NCBI GenBank assembly: GCA_964016885.1
Contig: OZ024741.1
Span: forward strand, 104,036,001-104,100,000
Length of the DNA: 64,000 nt
Source: Eledone cirrhosa
Taxonomy: Eukaryota
Direction: 5' to 3'
Part shown: one piece after another, positions 25,425-38,915 of the stretch
Layout of the letters: each line of letters begins with the position of its first letter
How positions within the stretch are numbered: the stretch's first letter is position 1
The notes under the pieces: model-generated
Told to the model about the DNA's origin: nothing
Database searches by the model: none
The model's input: the letters and a program-made list of their open reading frames with translations, nothing else
Made by a program: the position numbers and the translations under genes

Positions 25425-26030
25425 TTGGTGTGTCAATCGGTTACACACCACAAGGACCATCGGAAATGTTTGAGGCAAGCAAACACGCTCCCAACATTAG
25501 GGCGGCTGATGGCGAGGCTAAGGCGATGAAACAACCAATCTAACACCTCGGTAAAGGCAAACCGCTAACGATGACAAAATCGACAGACTAAAAAAACAAA
25601 AAATACTTATTTGATTCCCAGTATTTTAGGATTTTATTCCATTCGGCTTTGGAAGCAGTGGCCTTCACATTTACTGCGGCATCCATGATGTGGGAGGGAG
25701 CAAAAGAGTCACTGACTGTAACGTCCCAAATAAGACATCTGCCTCTTACCGAGGGACAAAGAGTAAGGTTATCTGGCCTCTTCCCATCAATTCTGGATAA
25801 TCCGGCCAGCTCCACAATTGAGCTAGGGCCTGCTTAATGGTCAGGTTTAGCTCGGTGTAGCGATCAAAGCAACCAACATTCAGGCAACCAACATTCAAGG
25901 ACAAACCATGGAGGCCTGTAGAGGCCTCTCTAATACAGCGACATCTCAGACCTCCACAGACATCGGCTCCCACTCTGAGTGCATTTGAAATGCACAGCTG
26001 CAATCATCCACCACACTCCTCAGACAATAC
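25425..26030 (-). mobile_element. CRE-clade non-LTR retrotransposon 3' fragment
   Basis: GLSRIDGKRPDNLTL...LIWDVTVSD restriction-like endonuclease motif, plus the shared 3' stem-loop. Confidence 0.75.
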
Positions 26031-26419
26031 AGCGTGTCTGTCTGACACCCAGCCTTCATTGGTCAATATTGCTTGGCTTAGGCGACTTTGGAAGATCTCC
26101 AAAACAGCCTGGGTGCCAGTAGCTGATGCCTCCATAGCCTCAATCTGGAAGCCTTGAACTCTGATTGACACATTAATAGGAATGATTGTTTTATTTCGCC
26201 CCACTCGCCCTTGGTCTCCCCAACTTTGGTGCTGATCGATGCAGCTTGTGATAACTACCCTGGTCAAGGCCAATATCTTGACCTTTAGGCAAGTGCCCAT
26301 AGCCTGTGTGTCCAAGCAGGCCGCACTCCACTCATTCATGTACCTGCAGTCCTCCACCCCTGATGCCAGCTCAAAGTGTTTAAGCGGCCGGGTAAACACC
26401 AAACACATTAAGGGTATGT

Positions 26420-27690
26420 CTTGGCTGCCTTCAGAGTAGTTGCTCCAACTCCGTCCTCTACTCCACCGAGGATATTGGCTGCTCTCTGGCTCAAGTGTCC
26501 CAAGCCACCTGAAGACCTCAGACTTGTACATCCACATGACCCTCAACCACTATACACGACCTCTGAAGAGGACATCATCTCTGCTCTGAGGTCTTTCTCT
26601 GACCTAACCATCTCTAATACTTGGTGTCCACTCCTCACTTCCAAATCAAGTGCCACCTGCAGAATACTCTTGTTCATTCACGGTGTCCTTATTCCCGAAG
26701 CCTCTTCTTTTCAGTCCACCTCACCACTCACAGGAAGAAGGATGCTAGGAAATGTTTTCCAGAGGCTTGCAGCCAAGACCATCACCAAGTCTGTGATGGG
26801 ACTGCTCACACTGCTAGACAATTCATTATCAACTGTCCCCTCAAGCCAGCATCGAGTGATTCCAGGCATCTCATCATCAAGCTTCACATGAGAAATACTC
26901 GTCTATGCCATGACCTCTTGCTCGTGGCTTGGAACCAATTTGGTCTCTGCCCTATGAATGTCTATACCCCTCTTCCTTCTGTAGACGTCTAGTCCCCTCA
27001 AAGCAAATGGTATGCCATCCAGTACAACATGATCTCATACAGGCTGGTGCGCTGGCTCATTTGGCATGTTTTCGCTCAACCTCCCTACCCCACATTGGTG
27101 CCTGGCTCAATATAGTTCGTTCCCTTGTAACTAGCACTCAGCTAGATAGTGACTGCTTGCACATCGGTGTTTCGCAGCTCAGCTTCTGGATCTGTGAGAT
27201 TCACAAATGCTGCTGCGATTCCACTGTCATGCCATTATAGTGCTGGCCGCCTCCCACACCATGCTGATCTTAATGAAATCATAAAGCATGGCCTGGATGG
27301 TGCAGGCTTCCCTTCCCATCTCGAGCCAGTGGGGCTGGACCGAAGGGGATGGCAAACAAACAGATGGCATCACAATCTTCCTGTTCTGTTGGGGTAGGCC
27401 CCTCATCCGTTATACTAGATATGACACCTCTAGCAGCAACCTGGTGCATTCGGCTTCCAGCCCAGGCTTCACTGCCAGGGCAAACTATCAAAGTGTCACT
27501 CTCTGATAGGTTTGTAGTAAAGCCTGTTGCAGTGTAGACTTTTGGCGTTCTTGGACACATCCCTACTCACTGCTATCGGAATGGACTTGGCTGCCTACAG
27601 GTGTGAACCCTGTGAGGTATCGTGGCTGTTGCAGTGTCTCCCTTGCTGTCCTCCAGGGCAATGTCTTCTCCATCCTGTTGGCTGGGACCA
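26420..27690 (+). mobile_element. Degenerate CRE-clade non-LTR retrotransposon
   Basis: GNVFQRLAAK; GAWLN; HADLNEIIK...EPVGLDRR/DGKQTDG across frames. Confidence 0.7.
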
Positions 27691-28021
27691 CGAAGCAGAC
27701 GAAATATTAGGGTAGAAGTGTGACTGTCTTCAGACGAAAGAGTTAATAATGCTTACACACACACACATACTTGCATGAATAAAATATTATGCTTTCTGAT
27801 TGACTATAACAAAAATAAAATCTTATTAACTAGAACCCCCCCCCCCCTCCCCGAAAAAAGAAAACCTCTAGATATATGTACCATCACACTAATTCTGTTT
27901 GTAAAATATTCAACCACATTCTTGAAACCAATGGAAGGTCTATTTGTACAACTGAGCTGTTGTTCATATTTCTCTTGTTATGAGTATCAAATATATGGAA
28001 CTTGTTTTTTGTGTTTTACAG

Positions 28022-28081
28022 GCAATTCGAAGAAGAATTAAGGACATATCAAGGAGATGACCCTTTAGATATCTGGTTCAG
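28022..28081 (+). CDS. BUB1: MadBub exon 2 (TPR start)
   Basis: QFEEELRTYQGDDPLDIWFR; AG/GT boundaries, phase 2-2. Confidence 0.92.
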
Positions 28082-29338
28082 GTTTGTATTGTAATAGTTT
28101 CTTTTAAACATTTTTTAACATTTACACTTTAGTTTGATACACTCACTCACTCATGTCATTAGGTTTATTAATATTCTGTGATGTGAAAATTGCAAGACAT
28201 TGTTCTAGAAAGAATATGAAGGGGTTATGGTGGAGTAAGATAACTCCGTAATTAAGCTTTGACCACCATGCTGGGGCACTTATTTCAAGGTATTTAGTTA
28301 ATCATATCAACCAATTTTAATTTTTTTCTGAAGTCTGGAACTTGTTATCAATTTGGTTCTTTTTTTTTTTTTTTTACTGCCAAATCACTAAGTTACAGGA
28401 GATAAACTGAATTTAAACCAGCCGTATCCAGCCAGAATTCTCTCACTTCTTTTTGTTCAAACCGACCATAACTGGCCACTCATATTGATGTTACAGTATT
28501 ATGCTAAAATAAATTATATCAAAATCTCATAGATTTGATATTATGTGAGATGAAAATACAATAGTAAATATAGAGTTATGTAATTACTAAAGGGTTAAAC
28601 ACACACGCACATATTTGATGGGCTTCTTCAGTTTCCCTTTATCAAATTTCGCTCTGGAGGCTATAGTAGAAAACAGTGGGAGTGAACTTGAAATCATGTG
28701 GTTGCCCAGCGAGCTCCTTAACCACTGAGTTTTTGTGATTACACGTAACATAGTAAAGCTATATGTATGGATTTTCAACTTGAATAATTTCATACAACAG
28801 TTATAAAAAACTATAAATAGCTTGTGATATTTACTTAATTTATTCAGTATCCAAATAATAAGCATTTTAAATTGATCTATTTCTTACTTTATATCAGGTT
28901 GTGTGTATTATGGGGTGGTGTGTATGGTTCCGGTTTATATGGACAATTAGCTGCATCTAATATGGTATACAAATACAGAGAAATGTTAATTTTGCAGTAT
29001 CGGTAGAGCATAATTAGTCCTTTATGTTCTGAGTTCAAATCCCGCCGAGGTTAACTTTGCCTTTCATCCTTACGAGGTTGATAAAATAAAGCACCAGTAA
29101 TACACTGAGATAATTGCTAGCCTTGTGCCAAAAGTAGAAACAATTATAACTGTATTTACTGTGTTATACAAATGTAGAGGAATGTTAATTGTTTGTTATA
29201 ACTATATCTACCGTTGTATACAAATGTAGAGAAAGAGACTGCCATCTGTCTCATTTACTCAATGTTAATTGCTCATTATAACTCTATATATTGTATGTGT
29301 GGTGTTTTATTCCTTCACTAATTCTCTGTTCTCTTTAG

Positions 29339-29480
29339 GTACATTACATGGCTTGAAGAAACCAATCCTCAAGGTGGAAAGAAAGATCTTGAGTCTCTGT
29401 TAAAAAATTGTTTGATAACATTTTCAAATGTGGACAAGTATAAGAATGATCCAAGATATGTTGAAATCTGGGTGAAGTTT
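29339..29480 (+). CDS. BUB1: MadBub exon 3 (TPR)
   Basis: YITWLEETNPQGGK...YKNDPRYVEIWVKF; phase 2-0. Confidence 0.93.
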
Positions 29481-30905
29481 GTAAGTGAATATATTTATCA
29501 TATATACTTGAATGGTTCTAGGTAATTTCACTCCCGGTAATTTGACTGTCAGTCAATTTCACTCCTGATATTAGAAAAAAATAAAACGTTGAAATTCATC
29601 ATTGGTGGTTCATCATCATCGTTTAATATCTGCTTCCACTGCTAGCAAAGGTTTGGCAGGTTTACAGAAATCAAGCCAGTACTGAAGTGAGGTTACTGCC
29701 CTCCCAGTCAGGCTGAGGGAGTCGGCATCTTGTGGCGTCTTGCGTTCTATTGAGTGCACTAGGGGAGGTTATGTCTTTGACACAATTTTAGGGTACTACC
29801 AATCCTTTGTTTGATAAGCTTTCTCTGGCTAGATGCCCTTCCTATCACCAATCACTTTACATGTAGTGGATGTATTTATTATGTAGATCACCAAAACTAT
29901 GGAGGCTATCATGTCATTCACATGACTAAAGAGTCCTCCAACGTTTTTTTTTTTTTTATAGGCATGGTTTGACTTTATGCATTCCATTGAAAACATTTCC
30001 AACAAATTTTTATAATTTGAACTTTTTAATACATAGATATCACATACATGCATGCACATGTGCAAACATACATACATGAATGTACATGTGCACACGTGTT
30101 TTTTTTTTGCTCTGCCTCTCCTCGTTCTCACTTACTGTCTCTCCCTCCCTCTACTACTATACAAATCCCTATATCGAGTTCACTTATTTGATCTTTCCCT
30201 TTCAAACAACTTTCAAGAAACTTGTTGAAACTTAGCATAATGAAAATTCATTACATAAAACACTTAAAACATTTTTAACATCAAAATATCAAAACTTCAA
30301 ATATATATTTAATACCCGTGAGAATTTTAAAACCATGCCATCTAAACATATTGATTAGTTTCTTTGGCTTATAAATGGCGTTTGGATTTTTACCCATTTT
30401 TCAGACATTTGGCTTACATTCGAGTATATACAGTAACAGCAATGGTGGTGAGGTTGCTTTTGTATCTGGCAATGCTAAAGACTTCTCTCTATTTTAACTT
30501 TGTATTTGCCTGCTCAAGGCATTAAAACCCCCAACAAAAACTTACTTTGTCATAAGGAGAATGTATAAAAGGAAATATTTACACAAAAATATTCTTTTTC
30601 TTCTTCACTCATTTATACCTAAGAGGTTTGTGGTGACAGTCCTCAAACACTCTTTCCAGCGAGTGTTGTCAGAAACAACCGTCTCCAATTGATCTGGCTG
30701 GATCCCCAAACATGACCAGCTGAGCTCATGGATATTATCTAATCATGTTGTGAACACCAGCCCAAGATACCTGAAGCTGGTGGAGAAGTTCCAAGTATCT
30801 CAGGGTTTTTGATAAGTGAGGAAGGCAGGAGGCTGAATTTTAAAAATAATAAAAAAAATAATTTCTATAAAGTTGAACCTTTTTTTTTGTTTGTTGTTTT
30901 TCTAG

Positions 30906-31102
30906 TCTAATCTCTATGACAACCCAGCATTGATTTATGAACACATGTTTCATAAAGGAATTGGTTCTCAGTATGCAATGTTTTATGAAGCTTGGGCCAG
31001 CGCACATGAACTGCAAGGAAATACTAAAAAAGCCGATGCCATCTACACTGAAGGTTTAAGGGTAAATGCTGAGCCGTTCAATTACTTAAAAAGACGACAC
31101 TA
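30906..31102 (+). CDS. BUB1: MadBub exon 4 (TPR, GIG motif)
   Basis: ...MFHKGIGSQYAMFYEAWA...GNTKKADAIYTEGLRVNAEP...; phase 0-2. Confidence 0.93.
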
Positions 31103-32184
31103 GTAAGTATCTGTATTTTCTGTTACTAATTTCAGCCTATGGCCATGCTGGGGCATCACCTTAAGGGGATTTAGTCAATCATATTGACTCAAGTACTAAA
31201 TTTATCAAGCTCATTTTTTGTTGAATAGCTAAGTTATGGGTGACAAACACAGATAGAAACTCAAAAGTAAACACACACACACAGTGGGCTTTTGAAGTTT
31301 CTGTTTACAAAATTTCACACCTAGAAGACATTTGCCCAAGGTGCTACACAGTGGGACTGAACCGGGTGGTTGGGAAGTGAACTCCTTAACCACACAGTCA
31401 TGTCTGGATTTATTAGAACATATCAATACTTTGTTTAATACCTGAGGTACATGTTGTCTGATTGAAGTAAACATTAATATGAAGAGGTACAATGTCTACA
31501 TGATTAACCTTTTTGATACAAAACTACTTTTAAAGTGTTTATATTTATCTAAAGATCTTCTATCATAATTCTATGTAAGAATCTTCATGTTCCAAACACC
31601 ATCTTAATAATGAGAAAGTTAGTTATATTGCTAAGGATCTGAATCAAGATCCTAGACCTCATTCACTTACTGAGTGAGGTGGAACTTGTCAGATCAGACC
31701 AAGGAAACTGTGTTTCCATTGGTGTTTCCAATTACTGATACTATCAACCAGTTGAAACTCCTGGCAGGACATGAAATTACTAAATTCCTTCAAATGTTTG
31801 ATTATTTGAAAATTATAGGCAGTTACTTTCATTAGAAATATGGTAATGAAAAGGCTAAATTGTTTACATTTACCTAAAGATCTGTCATTATAAGTTTATC
31901 TAAGAGCTTTATATTCCAAACACCAGCTTTGAGAAAGTTGGTTATCTAAATCCTTGTTAAAATCTTACTCAGTTTGACATCTAAATAACTGGTATGTTGG
32001 TGTTGGTCAGTCTCGTTTGAGCAGACTTTTGGCCAAAGGAATTTCATTATACGATAGGTCCTTCCTTTTGCGTAAGTCTTTAGCTTTTACATTACTCTAT
32101 ATATACTATTGTATTTTTGCAGGAGAGGCTTTATCTCACATAATATTGAATCTATGAGATTTTGATATTATTTATTTTGAGAAC

Positions 32185-32635
32185 CAGAGGCGAAGGGTGC
32201 GTACATGCAGTGCATGCGTTATAGAATCTTGAGTTGATCAATTGCGTCGGTTGAAGCAAGCAGAATTTTGGCTGCTTACTAAATCGTAGACACATAAAAA
32301 GATAACACACACACAAACACACGACAGCGTCAGTTGAAGCAAGCAGAATTTTAGCTGCTTGCTAAACCGTAGACACAAAAAGATAGTACACACACACACA
32401 CATACACACAAACACACGACAGCGTCAGTTGAAGCAAGCAGAATTTTAGCTGCTTGCTAAACCGTAGACACAAAAAGATAACACATACACAGACACACTA
32501 GATAACACTACATGCGGCTTTGACCGGGAGGGTGATTTAGAGGAAATTGGGGGTGGTGGTAAGGCTGCACAGCCCCACTTTCCGCCATGGCGATTGGGCT
32601 GCATGCCCTGCTTTCCAGGTTACCCTTCGCCACTG
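32185..32635. mobile_element. hAT-type MITE inserted in a piggyBac-related MITE
   Basis: TIRs CAGAGGCGAAGGGT / ACCCTTCGCCACTG. Perfect 8-bp TSD TTGAGAAC (32177-32184, 32636-32643). Three internal tandem units. Confidence 0.85.
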
Positions 32636-32965
32636 TTGAGAACAATACCTTAATATCAGTATGAGTGGCTAGTTATGGCTGGTTTGAACAGAAAGAGGTG
32701 AGAGAATTCTGGCTGGATACAGCAGGTTTAAATGCTAAAAGGTTAAATATAGTAAGGATGTGATTTGTCTGCTATTTCTAGTCCAGTTTCTCACTCAGTT
32801 CAGCTGTGCCTCATTGTTCACTCATAATAACATTACATACTGATGAAATAAATACCAGTAATATATTGATGTACCTCTACTCATGTTCTGCTCCTCTGCT
32901 TATAAAAGTAGCATTGTGTTTTGGAATATGTTTTCTCACCCCCCCTCCTCTTGTATTATTTTTAG

Positions 32966-33123
32966 TGAATTTCAAAACCGTACATTTGTTGATATGATGA
33001 AGAACGCTTCCCTTATTGATAAAGACTCTGTTGAGGCTGAAGGTAGAGCTGCTTTCATCAGTTTGAAGTCTAATGGCAAGAAAGTTTCAGTAATTCGGCC
33101 CCATGGCTCACAACCTACAAAAA
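32966..33123 (+). CDS. BUB1: MadBub exon 5
   Basis: EFQNRTFVDM...RAAFISLKSNGKKVSVIRP; phase 2-1. Confidence 0.88.
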
Positions 33124-33464
33124 GTAAGTCAGTCTTCAATCTCTATAATAGCATTACACCCTTTTTTGTCCATCTGCCACATTGAACGCTATGATCTGTC
33201 AAAAACGTTCTAAAATCTATTTTATTTAGAATACATGGAATATGAATGTTCTAAAATATTCTCTGCCAACAGCGTTATCTACCTCTCTTTCTCTGTGTGT
33301 GTGGGGTCAAACTTTCTTTCCAATATAAAGCGTGAAACTAAGACATTTTGTACCTTCTTTGTTGTCTCCTTGAACTATATATATATATAAATGCAATGAA
33401 GGAGTAACCAATCATCCTTGTTATCCTTTAAATATATATATATATATAATGTATGTAAATGGCC

Positions 33465-34260
33465 CTGTTCTGTGTGCCGGAAAGGAGTAGGTAGAAACTC
33501 AATCTTGTGTCCCAAATGCAAATTATGTGTACACAAGAGGTGTAGTGGAAATCAAGCAGGCTAGCAAAGAACATAGACTTCATATGTGGACGTTGCTCAG
33601 GGGCAGTAAGCAAAGACCCTTGGGGAAACAAGCTCTTTTAAATGCAGCAGACCCCATAAAAATAGTCAATAGCTTTTGCTACCTGGGTAACCAAATCACC
33701 AGCAGTAGTGGATACGCAGAAAGTACAGTTGCCAGAGTAAGAACAGGATGGAAAAAGTTGTTAGCTACAAAAGGTTTCTTACTCGAGATAAAAGGCAAGC
33801 TGTATGATGCCTGTGGGCAAACAGCAATGCGACATGGAAATGAAACCGGGGCACTGCACTGATCTCTATGTAGATTGGAAAGAAAGGAAGCCAGCATGCT
33901 CTGATGGATGTGTAACAGTAGTGTGCATGAACAGCGAAATGTAAATGAATTGAGAGCAAAACTGGGCATAAGAGGGATCAAATCTGTGTGCAGGAGAGAA
34001 GACTGCAATGGTATGGACATGTGTTGCACATTAAGGATGACGGCTGTATAAAATGGAGCAGGGCACTTGAGGTTGTAGAGTGCTCCAGAAAACGAAGTTG
34101 TGATGGAAAGATAAAGGCTGACATGGCACAGCTGAACTTCTCAACTGAGATGACACAAGACCGAGACCTCTGGCACTATGACGTGCAACAAAAGACCTGA
34201 GTTAACAACCCAGTCTAGCCCACACAGTAAGCATGGCTCGTGCTTAAGAAGGGCATCTGG
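33465..34260 (+). mobile_element. Degenerate RTE LINE fragment
   Basis: SFCYLG...ARVRTGWKK...QERRLQWYGHV. Confidence 0.8.
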
Positions 34261-35099
34261 CAGTCATGAAATCCCATCCAAAAACACGGTCTTGCTATGG
34301 GTAACACAGTTCCCAGCGCAGCCAACTGGTTAGACTTCCTCATAACATGCTCACCCATAATAATGGGTTTGCTATGAGCAAGGTACGGCATGGCCAACTG
34401 GCCAGACCCTCCTCATAACAGGACCACCCAGTCCATGGGTCCGCTATAAGCAAGGTATGGCGCGGCCAGTTGGGCAGACCTACCTCATAACAGTACCACC
34501 TAGTTCCATACTGTAAACGTGATTGGCGCTAAGAAGGACATTGGGCAGCTGAAATATGGCTTGGTATAACCAAGGTCTGGCACAACCAACTGGCAAGACC
34601 CCAACCTCATCTCACTTTTGGCCTGTTGTGCCCCTATTCCAGGATGTAATTGCCCGTTTGAATTCCTGAGTTTAAGAACATGCTAGAAATAGCAGCCAGA
34701 TCTGTCTGATATCACATCAAATCATCATCATTGTTGTTTTAGCGTCTGCTTTCAAGGATTGGATGGGTCCATATAGATCAAGTCAGCATTGAAGTGGAGC
34801 CACTGATCTCCCCAGCTGGCTAGGGTACTATGCGTGTATGTATGGTCTAACATTCCATCAAGTGCTCAGGAGAGGTTGTCATAACTTTGACACAACTACG
34901 GTTGGATGCTCTTCCTACCATTAATCATTTTACAGTGTGTACTGGGTGCGTTTATTGTGTAGATCACCAACGCTAAGGACACTGTCATGTCCATGAAATG
35001 GCCGAAGGGTTCTTTCGACCCTTTGTTTGCTTAATGTCTAGAAACGACTGATTGAAATAGTGAAACTTATTCTAAAAGACAATTTTTTTTCCTCAATAG

Positions 35100-35290
35100 C
35101 TGATGTTAGAGTTCCATTGAGCAATAACAGTGGCCGTCAACAACGACAACCTCAGTTTCAAATACACACTGATGAAAACGACCCTTCAATTGAGGGTTTA
35201 AGCCAATATAATGAGAATGAGAGCATCCCTTTTAAGACAAAAGTCAATCGAGAGAATTGCAGAGATCCAGGACCTTGGCCTCAAAATAAG
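35100..35290 (+). CDS. BUB1: MadBub exon 6 (ABBA1 and KEN2 position)
   Basis: FQIHTDEN (ABBA-like)...NRENCRDPGPW; phase 1-0. Confidence 0.88.
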
Positions 35291-35613
35291 GTAATTTCAG
35301 CAATTATTGCTATTCGGTTTTATACATATGAATATTGTAGTTAGTTTGAAGCATTGTGTAAAGTGGAGAAAATGGCAGCTTAAAAGCAACAAAAATATAA
35401 AGCACTGAACTAGTTTCTTCTATTAACTTTTTCATGAAAGGATATTGTTAACTAGCTTCTAAAAAAGAATATATATATATATCATGATCCCCGTCGTCAT
35501 CGTTTAATGTCCATCTTCCATGCTAGCGTGAGTTAAATGGGTCTGTCCCATTTAGAGGAAAGTTGGGTCGGTTGACCGTGTCTCACTCATAGGACTTTAT
35601 GGCTGGATGCCCT

Positions 35614-35651
<38 letters not shown>

Positions 35652-36189
35652 GTGTTTTGTTTGAAAGCTACCACAATGTGAATTGGATGGGGGTAAATGT
35701 TAAAAAATATAATAATGATGTTGGGGTAATACCTTTGATATTTTGGGATAAAATCTCTTCATGAAAAGGTTAATAGAAGAAACTAGTTCAGTGCTTTATA
35801 TTTTTGTTGCTCTTAAGCTGCCATTTTCTACACTTTACACAATGCTTCAAACAAACTACAATAGTCATATGTATAAAATTGAATTAGCTTACAGCTTTCG
35901 CTGTATTTTTTGATTACATAAAATAGTCCAATAACAGGGCATATAAGTCCCCAGGACGAACAAAAATGGGCATCAGCACATGTTGGGGGATGGGGGATTG
36001 AACCCCTACCTCCTGTTTGCCAGATGAGTGTGTGTGTGTATTTGGTTTTGAATAGGTACACCATATCCCTGTGTGTAAGAAGCAGCTAAAAGAGTTGGTG
36101 TCAGGAAGGGCATTCAGCTATAAAACATTGCCTCAAAAAGTCCTATCCAACCCATGTCAACATAGAAAAGATAATGTAATGTTGATAAT

Positions 36190-38875
36190 CATCATCATCA
36201 TCATCAGGTTTAGCGTCCGTGTTCCACGCTTGCATGGGTTTGGATGGGGGTTTTCCCACTTGAGGCAAGAGTGGTTGTCTTGCTCGCATAGGACTGTCTG
36301 GCGGGTTTTCTACAGTTGGATGCCCTTCCTAACACCAACCACATTTACAGTGTGGGGCTGGGAGGTTTTTACCGTGTTGCCTACACGGCCACATTACAGC
36401 GTGGACTGTCTGGCGGGTTTTCTACAGCTGGATGCCCTTCCTAACACCAACCACATTTACAGTGTGGGGCTGGGAGGTTTTTACCGTGTTGCCTACACGG
36501 CCACATTTACAGCGTGGACTGTGTTTTTTTGTCGTGACACCTACACGATCTCATTTGTTTCGGCCTGGATGTTGTGGGACCAACATAACTTTACCTTGAA
36601 AGGGGCGGTGTGGATGGGGTGGTGGGACGGGGGGGTGTTTTGATAGAGATGCCTACTGACTGTAGTAGGTTTTTACTTTGTATTTAGGTAAGGCGGGTCT
36701 TCTCTATTACTGAGTACCGCCAAAGGTCTCGGTCCAGTGACATTGTCTTGGAGAGGTGTAAGCGTGTGAGGTCGGAATTTATCAGCTCGTCCCATGTTTT
36801 TCTGGGTCTGCCTACTCCGTGGCTACCGTCTATCTTTATTGCCCTGCACTTTGTTATACAGCTGTCGTCTTTCATGCGCATCACGTGACCGTACCAACGT
36901 AGCCTTCTCTCGAGTAAACAACATCTGATCCCTCTTATTTCTAATTTTTTCCTTAGTTAGTTCGTTTATGCTTTGCCGTTCACGTATATTACTATTGCAC
37001 ATCCAGCGGAGCATGCAAGCTTCGTTCCTCTCTTGTCTGCGTATATCCTCTGCACACAATGCCCAGGTCTCACTGCCATGCAGCATTGCTGTTCGTATGC
37101 AGGCATCGTATAACCTGCCTTTCATTTTTAGGGAGAACCCTCTAGCGGCTAATAATGGTATAAGCTCTCTGAACTTTTTCCATCCAGTTCTGACTCTAGC
37201 TACTGTACTTTCAGAGCACCCTCCCCCACTGCTGATTTTGTCACCCAGGTAACGGAAGCTGTCCACTATTTCTATAGAACCCTCTGCGCAGTTGAAGGAG
37301 CTAGTATTTTGTGGGCACTTGCTGCTACTTATTGCACCAGAGCACCGGCCACATGTAAAATCTATGTTCTTAGTTAGCTTACCTGTGATCCCACTACATC
37401 TTTTATGCACCCATACTTTGCATTTGGGACATAAAATGGAGTTTCTACCTACGCCTTTCCTACACACTGAGCATGGCCATTTCCCAGATGGGACTGCCGC
37501 CTTATTTTCTTTCCTACAAACTAGAACTTTAGTCTTAGCCAGGTTAATTTTAAGGCCTTTTGATTCTAGGCCGTGCTTCCATGTTTGGAATTTCTTCTCT
37601 AGTTCGGTCATTGATTCAGCTATGAGTGTTAGATCATCTGCGTATAGGAGTTCCCATGGGCAGCCGGTCTTGAACTCCTCTGTTATAGCCTGAAGGGCAA
37701 TAATAAATAGTAGGGGGCTAAGAACAGAGCCCTGATGGACACCAACTTTTACGCTAAACTCTTCACTATATTCGTTGTTAATTCTAACCTTACTGACTGT
37801 TTCTTTATACATGGCTTGTATAGCTCTCACAAGCCATTCGTCAACACCTAGTTTTCTAAGAGACCACCAGATAATGGAACGGGGGACTCTGTCGAAGGCT
37901 TTCTCCAAATCGACGAAAGCTAAGTATAGGGGTTTACTTTTAGCTAGGTACTTCTCCTGTAGTTGTCGTACAATGAAAAGAGCGTCTGTGGTACTTTTGC
38001 CTGACACAAATCCGAACTGCATTTCATCTAGATCAATTCTCTCTCTGATTAGTTGCGCTATTACTTTTTCCGTGACCTTCATGACCTGGTCGATTAATTT
38101 AATGCCTCTATAGTTACTCCTATCTAGGGCATCTCCTTTTCCCTTATAGCAGTTAACGATGATTCTGCTACGCCAGTCCTTCGGAACAACCCCATTCTTT
38201 ACGACTTGGTTAACTATCCGGGTGACCATGGTGTGTTCCACCGAACCAGATGCCTTCAGCATCTCAGCAACTATTTCCGAAGGACCAGCCGCCTTACCCG
38301 TCTTCATATCTTTGATTGCCTTGCTTATTGTACTACCCTGGACTAACACTGCTGGTCCCTCTATTGGGTCGATGTGGGGGAGACTGTCTTTCTCCCATTT
38401 GTTCTCCTCATTTAGAAGCCTTTCGTAGTGACACTTCCAAGCTACCTTCTTATCAGCGTCGGTGATGGCAAGTATGCCATCATCGTTAAGCACACACTTC
38501 TCCCCGACAATATCACGGTTTTCCTTGACACATTGCCTGGCAATCCTGAACACCTCACGTTTTTGGTCCTCACGTTGTAGAACATGCTTGAACTTTCTTT
38601 CCTCTGCTTCTCTTCTTGCGAAGTACACTTGTCTCCTAGCTTCCCTCCTGGCCACCTGATAGTCTTCTCTACTTCCCCCATCCCGCCATGCTTTCCAAGC
38701 CTGCTTTTTGGCCTTAATTGACTCCTCCACCTTACTGTTCCACTACCATGTTACTCTCCTCCTACCTACAGGCCTGCTCCAGCCACAGACTTCGTCTGCC
38801 GCCGTCAGCAGGTTTGCTCTCAGGAATTCCCACTGTTCCTCTATATTATACGACTCTAATTGCTCTTCCTTACTG
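36190..38875 (-). mobile_element. Young 5'-truncated RTE LINE with nearly intact reverse transcriptase
   Basis: 635-aa frame with NYRGIKL, QFGF, FVDLEKAFDRV, GVHQGSVLSP, LYADD, FRYLG. One frameshift near 36950. (ATG)n tail. No endonuclease domain retained. Confidence 0.95.
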
Positions 38876-38915
38876 TATATAATATATATAATTATTTGTG
38901 TGTGTATATATATAT

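Noticed and set aside
32245-32480. CRISPR-like repeat/spacer pattern
   Set aside because: Eukaryotic context, spacers are (AC)n, no cas genes, and it lies inside a MITE.
36823-38730. Active autonomous LINE or domesticated RT gene
   Set aside because: No endonuclease domain or 5' UTR, an upstream in-frame stop and a 3' frameshift.
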